Assembly (NCBI GenBank): GCA_963841435.1
Contig: CAWJCS010000002.1
Location: 288,001-352,000 of the forward strand
Length of the DNA stretch: 64,000 nt
DNA from: an uncultured delta proteobacterium
Lineage (GTDB): Bacteria > Myxococcota_A > Polyangia > Polyangiales > Polyangiaceae
Direction of reading: 5' to 3'
The notes beneath the pieces were generated by a model that had not been told where the DNA came from, made no database searches, and saw only the letters and a program-made list of their open reading frames with translations. Of the stretch, positions 60,570-64,000 are shown in pieces (the stretch's first letter is position 1; each line of letters opens with the position of its first letter). The position numbers and the translations under genes are program-made.

Positions 60570-62453
60570 TCAAAAGCTGCTGCGTTGTTCCCTTGCTTTC
60601 GTCGCGCGGGGGAGCGTGATGACCGACGCGTCGAGCGGTGTTTCGTAGAGCCGCTCGACGAGCGTCGCGCGCCGCGTGAGGACGGCGCGCTGATTGACGT
60701 AGCCCTTGTCGGTGAGCTCTCCGGTGTCGATCGACAGCGGCTCGGTCAAGACGAGCGCGCGAGTGGCGTAGGTTGACGACCCCCCGCCCGACTCGGCGAG
60801 GGCCTGAAGGCCACGCACCACGCGATGCCGCACGCTCGGGTGTTCAAGCACGTCGGCTGGCGCCGCGTCGTCTGGCAAGGAGCTCAGTCTGCGACAAGCG
60901 TCGAGTTGGGGAACGACCAAAAGCCCGACTTGGTCGCGCCCGTGTCCCGCGACGACCACGTCCTGGGCGACGGGGGCGAGTGCGGCAATCGCCTTCAGGC
61001 GAAGGACGCCCACGTGCACCCACGTGGCGGTGCTGAGCTTGAAATTCTCGCCGAGCCGGCCGTCGAAAAGGAGTCCCAGCTCCGGGTGCTCCGGATCGAC
61101 GAACTCGACGGCGTCGCCGGTCCTGAAGAAGCCCTCGTCGTCGAAAGCGCTCGCGGTGAGGTCGGGCCGCTTCCAATAACCGGGCGTGACGTTGGGACCG
61201 CGCACGCGGGCCTCGAGCTTGTCGCCGGTCGGAACGAGCTTGAGCTCTGAGCCAGGCATCGGTAGGCCAACGACGCCGGTTCGCCGTGCCTGGTAGTGGC
61301 AGCTCGTGGCCGCGGGTGCGGTCTCCGTGAGCCCCCAAGACGAGACCAGCGGCACGGGTCGCCCGAGCGTGTTGACCGAAAGCGCATTCAGCGAATCCCA
61401 GAGGTGCTGCGGCAACGCCGCCGCAGCGTAGAAGATCAGGCGCAGGCGACTGAAGAACCGCAGAGAGAGCGCGCGATCGCCGCGCAGCGCCGCTACCAGC
61501 AAATCGTAGGCGCGAGGCACGTTGAACACGACGGTCGGAGGGACGTCACGCAGGTTGGCGAGCGTCTCGTCGAAACCACCGGGCACGGGACGACCGCGAT
61601 CGATGTAGAGGGTCCCGCCGTTCCACAGGGTGAGGTTGAAGTTGTGGTTCCCACCGAACGTGTGGTGCCAGGGCAGCCAATCCACCAGCACCGGCGGCTC
61701 CTCGAGGAACGGCCAGAGCTGCAAGATGGCCTGCTGGTTCGAGCACAGCATCCGCTGGGTGTTGATCACCGCCTTGGGTTCGTCCGTCGAACCGGACGTG
61801 AACATGAATTTCGCGACGGTGTCCGGCGACACGGCCGCGAAGGCACGTTCGACGGCCGTGGAAGGGCGCCGCGTCGCGAGCTCTTCGAACGATACCGCCC
61901 CGCCGGCCGGCTCTCGAGCGCTCCCCACGACGATCGTGGCATCGTGCAGGTGTCGCACGGCGGCCAGGGCCGGCCCAAAGCGGGCCGGGTCGGCGACATA
62001 GATGACGCCTGGACGCAAGGTCTCGACGACCTGCAAGAGCTTGGCGAAATCCGCCGACAGCAGGGAGTACGCCGGTGAGATCGACGCGACCGGGATCCCG
62101 ACGTGGAGGCAAGCAAGCATCAGAGCGCCGTGCTCGACACTGTTTTCCGAGAGCACCATCACGGGGCGCTCCGCCGACAGGTCCTGCTCCAAGAGCCAAG
62201 CGCCGATGCCGTGCACCTGCTCGAGCGCCTCCCGGTAGGTGACGCCGCGCCAGGCGCCCGAAGGGCCGCGCTCCATGAGAAAGCGACGAGCCGGCGCCTC
62301 GCGCGCCCAGCGCTCGAGGTGCTCCCCGACCGAGCGCCCGTACTCGTTCAGCACATGGCGGGAGCGAAACAACACCGCGCCGTCCGGGCGCCGCATCGTC
62401 TCGACGGCGGGCGCCGCAAATAGGGGCGCCGGTTCGTCTTCAGCAGGGGTCAT
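60570..62453 (-). CDS. fcs: feruloyl-CoA synthetase-like acyl-CoA ligase
   Basis: SPAYSLLSADF, FTSGST..PK, DWLPWHHTFGGNHNF, GGTLYID, WGLTET, DGRLGENFKLSTATWV, ELTDKGYVNQRAVL. Confidence 0.85.
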   Translation of the reverse strand: MTPAEDEPAPLFAAPAVETMRRPDGAVLFRSRHVLNEYGRSVGEHLERWAREAPARRFLMERGPSGAWRGVTYREALEQVHGIGAWLLEQDLSAERPVMVLSENSVEHGALMLACLHVGIPVASISPAYSLLSADFAKLLQVVETLRPGVIYVADPARFGPALAAVRHLHDATIVVGSAREPAGGAVSFEELATRRPSTAVERAFAAVSPDTVAKFMFTSGSTDEPKAVINTQRMLCSNQQAILQLWPFLEEPPVLVDWLPWHHTFGGNHNFNLTLWNGGTLYIDRGRPVPGGFDETLANLRDVPPTVVFNVPRAYDLLVAALRGDRALSLRFFSRLRLIFYAAAALPQHLWDSLNALSVNTLGRPVPLVSSWGLTETAPAATSCHYQARRTGVVGLPMPGSELKLVPTGDKLEARVRGPNVTPGYWKRPDLTASAFDDEGFFRTGDAVEFVDPEHPELGLLFDGRLGENFKLSTATWVHVGVLRLKAIAALAPVAQDVVVAGHGRDQVGLLVVPQLDACRRLSSLPDDAAPADVLEHPSVRHRVVRGLQALAESGGGSSTYATRALVLTEPLSIDTGELTDKGYVNQRAVLTRRATLVERLYETPLDASVITLPRATKAREQRSSF

Positions 62454-62490
62454 CGGGAGCGGGCTCCTTTATGGGGCGCCCTCACGGTAT

Positions 62491-62635
62491 CTACTATAGA
62501 AGCTTTTTGCGGTCTAGGGGCCGGGTCGGGCGACGAGCGGTGCAGCTGCGTCGTGGGCCAGCCGAAAAGGCTGTTGTCGGCCATAGGAAGGCGAAAGTTT
62601 GGTATGGAAGCCGACATTGGAAGCTATTATAGTAG
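62491..62635. promoter_or_regulatory. divergent promoter region with two inverted copies of a 15-bp motif, each overlapping a TATAGT -10-like box
   Basis: CTACTATAGAAGCTT (62491-62505) matches the reverse complement of AAGCTATTATAGTAG (62621-62635) at 13/15 positions. Confidence 0.6.
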
Positions 62636-62728
62636 TCTTCGTGGCGTCTGGCGGATGGTTCCTGCCGTAGCTGCATCGAGCGGCTCGAGTGCCCGCGTGC
62701 CGAGCCATACCCAGCCAGGGAGCTGAAC

Positions 62729-63952
62729 ATGAAGTTGACCCGTTTCTTCCTCATCGGAGCCGCCTTTGCTCTCTTGACGCTCGCGTGCCGAAAGGAATCG
62801 AAGTCCGACGCGAACGGAGCCCCGAGCGCGAGCGCCGCCGCCGCAGAGGAAACGATTCAGGTGGGACTCATCGCCTCGCTGACCGGTAAGTTCTCGGCGC
62901 TCGGCAGCGAGGACAAGAAGGCCGTCGAGCTTGCCATCGAACAGATCAATGAAAAGGGGGGTCTGCTCGGTAGGAAGATCACACTCACCACGCGCGACGA
63001 TCAGACGCTGCCCGACAAGTCCGTTCTCGCCTACAATGATCTCAAGTCGGCGAACGTCGTCGCGGTCATCGGCTCGGCGTTCTCGAACTCGGCCCTCGCG
63101 ACGCTCCCCTTCGCCGAGCGTGACGGGATCCCGTACCTTTCGCTGACGCCGGCCGAGGAACAGGTCGAGCCCATCAGGCCGTACGTGTTCGTGATCCCGG
63201 CGCTCTCGACCGCATTCGCGGAACGCTACCTCGAGTACATGCAGGCGCAGAAGATCACGAAGCTCGCCGTCGCTCACGACACCAAGGGCGCCTACGCGGT
63301 CTCGGGTTACAATGCGACGAGATCGCTGGCCCCCAAGTATGGCGTCGAGATCGTGAGAGACGAGGTCTTCGAGATGGCGACCAGCGATTTCAGCCCGCTC
63401 TTCACGCACGTCAAAGGTTCGGGAGCCCAGGCGCTGCTCTTCTGGGGCACGGGCCCGGCGGGCGTCACCGTCACCAAGCAGTACGCCGCGGCGAACGTGA
63501 AGGTCCCACTCTTCATGACGCCGTCGCAGGCGAGCAAGCTCTGGCTCGAGCCCGTGGGCTCGGCCGGTGAAGGCGTCACCGTGTTGAGCGCCATCGGTGT
63601 CGTCGGCGACGCCCTGCCCGATGGGCCTCAGAAGCAGATCATCGACCAGATGGCCGTGCCATTTTCGAAGCGATTCGGCTATCCGCCTCCCCAGTTCGCG
63701 CAGGACGGATACAGCGCGTGCCTGCTCTTGTTCGAGGCCATCAAGAAGGCCAAAAGCACGAAGCGCGATGAGATCCGAGCGGCGCTGGAGCAGATGACGC
63801 TTCTGACGCCGAACGGCAAGTACCGATACTCGCCGACCGACCATTCGGGGCTCACCCGCGAGTTCCTCTCGGTCAACGTGGTGACGAGCGGCAAGTTCGT
63901 TCCCACCCCGTGGGCCAAGGAGCAGCTCGTGCGCACCGTCAGCTCCGAGTGA
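62729..63952 (+). CDS. ABC transporter substrate-binding lipoprotein (LivJ/branched-chain-type)
   Basis: RBS GGGAG, lipobox TLAC. IQVGLIASLTG, INEKGGLLGRKI, TDFS-like SDFSP, YSPTDHSGL. Confidence 0.9.
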   Translation: MKLTRFFLIGAAFALLTLACRKESKSDANGAPSASAAAAEETIQVGLIASLTGKFSALGSEDKKAVELAIEQINEKGGLLGRKITLTTRDDQTLPDKSVLAYNDLKSANVVAVIGSAFSNSALATLPFAERDGIPYLSLTPAEEQVEPIRPYVFVIPALSTAFAERYLEYMQAQKITKLAVAHDTKGAYAVSGYNATRSLAPKYGVEIVRDEVFEMATSDFSPLFTHVKGSGAQALLFWGTGPAGVTVTKQYAAANVKVPLFMTPSQASKLWLEPVGSAGEGVTVLSAIGVVGDALPDGPQKQIIDQMAVPFSKRFGYPPPQFAQDGYSACLLLFEAIKKAKSTKRDEIRAALEQMTLLTPNGKYRYSPTDHSGLTREFLSVNVVTSGKFVPTPWAKEQLVRTVSSE

Positions 63953-63958
63953 ATCGGT

Positions 63959-64000
63959 ATGCTGCGCGTCCAAGGGCTCAGTCGCCGATTCGGTGGAGTC
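63959..64000 (+). CDS. ABC transporter ATP-binding subunit (LivG-like), 5' fragment
   Basis: MLRVQGLSRRFGGV begins 6 nt after the binding-protein stop. Confidence 0.7.
   Translation, partial: MLRVQGLSRRFGGV

Noticed and set aside
1-64000. Mobile elements, prophage, rRNA/tRNA, defence systems
   Set aside because: No transposase, integrase, phage, nuclease or structural RNA signatures were recognised by eye. A covariance-model search was not possible.

Overview
GC-rich 64-kb window that looks myxobacterial (probably Polyangiales). This is inferred from MYXO-CTERM-like tails and many lipoproteins with Gly-rich linkers. Layout: (1) 1-6.7 kb, GlgE-pathway operon glgE-treS/maltokinase-glgB; (2) 6.6-11.7 kb, small regulatory and hypothetical genes plus gene remnants; (3) 11.7-20.3 kb, a cell-envelope cluster with an arylsulfotransferase-like lipoprotein, a MYXO-CTERM beta-propeller, two His/Met-rich YtkA/FixH-like lipoproteins and three c-type cytochrome lipoproteins, one of them pentaheme; (4) 20.7-56.6 kb, a dense array of 14 membrane-tethered glycoside hydrolases, esterases and a lactonase (GH10, GH8, GH12, 2x GH39, 6x GH30, 2 esterases, 1 lactonase), each on a long Gly/Ser/Thr/Ala stalk and interleaved with three glycosyltransferase-like genes; (5) 56.8-64 kb, regulators, a feruloyl-CoA synthetase/thiolase/BzdR-BoxR-like unit, and a divergent ABC transporter. 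A recurring DNA-level signature turns GTCGAC into GTCAAC, GTTGAC or GTTAAC. It hits the catalytic Asp of both GlgE and GlgB. Together with four single-base +1 frameshifts, it suggests a methylation-linked long-read consensus artefact. No rRNA, tRNA, CRISPR array or transposase was recognised. All family calls come from motif recognition by eye, not from database searches.
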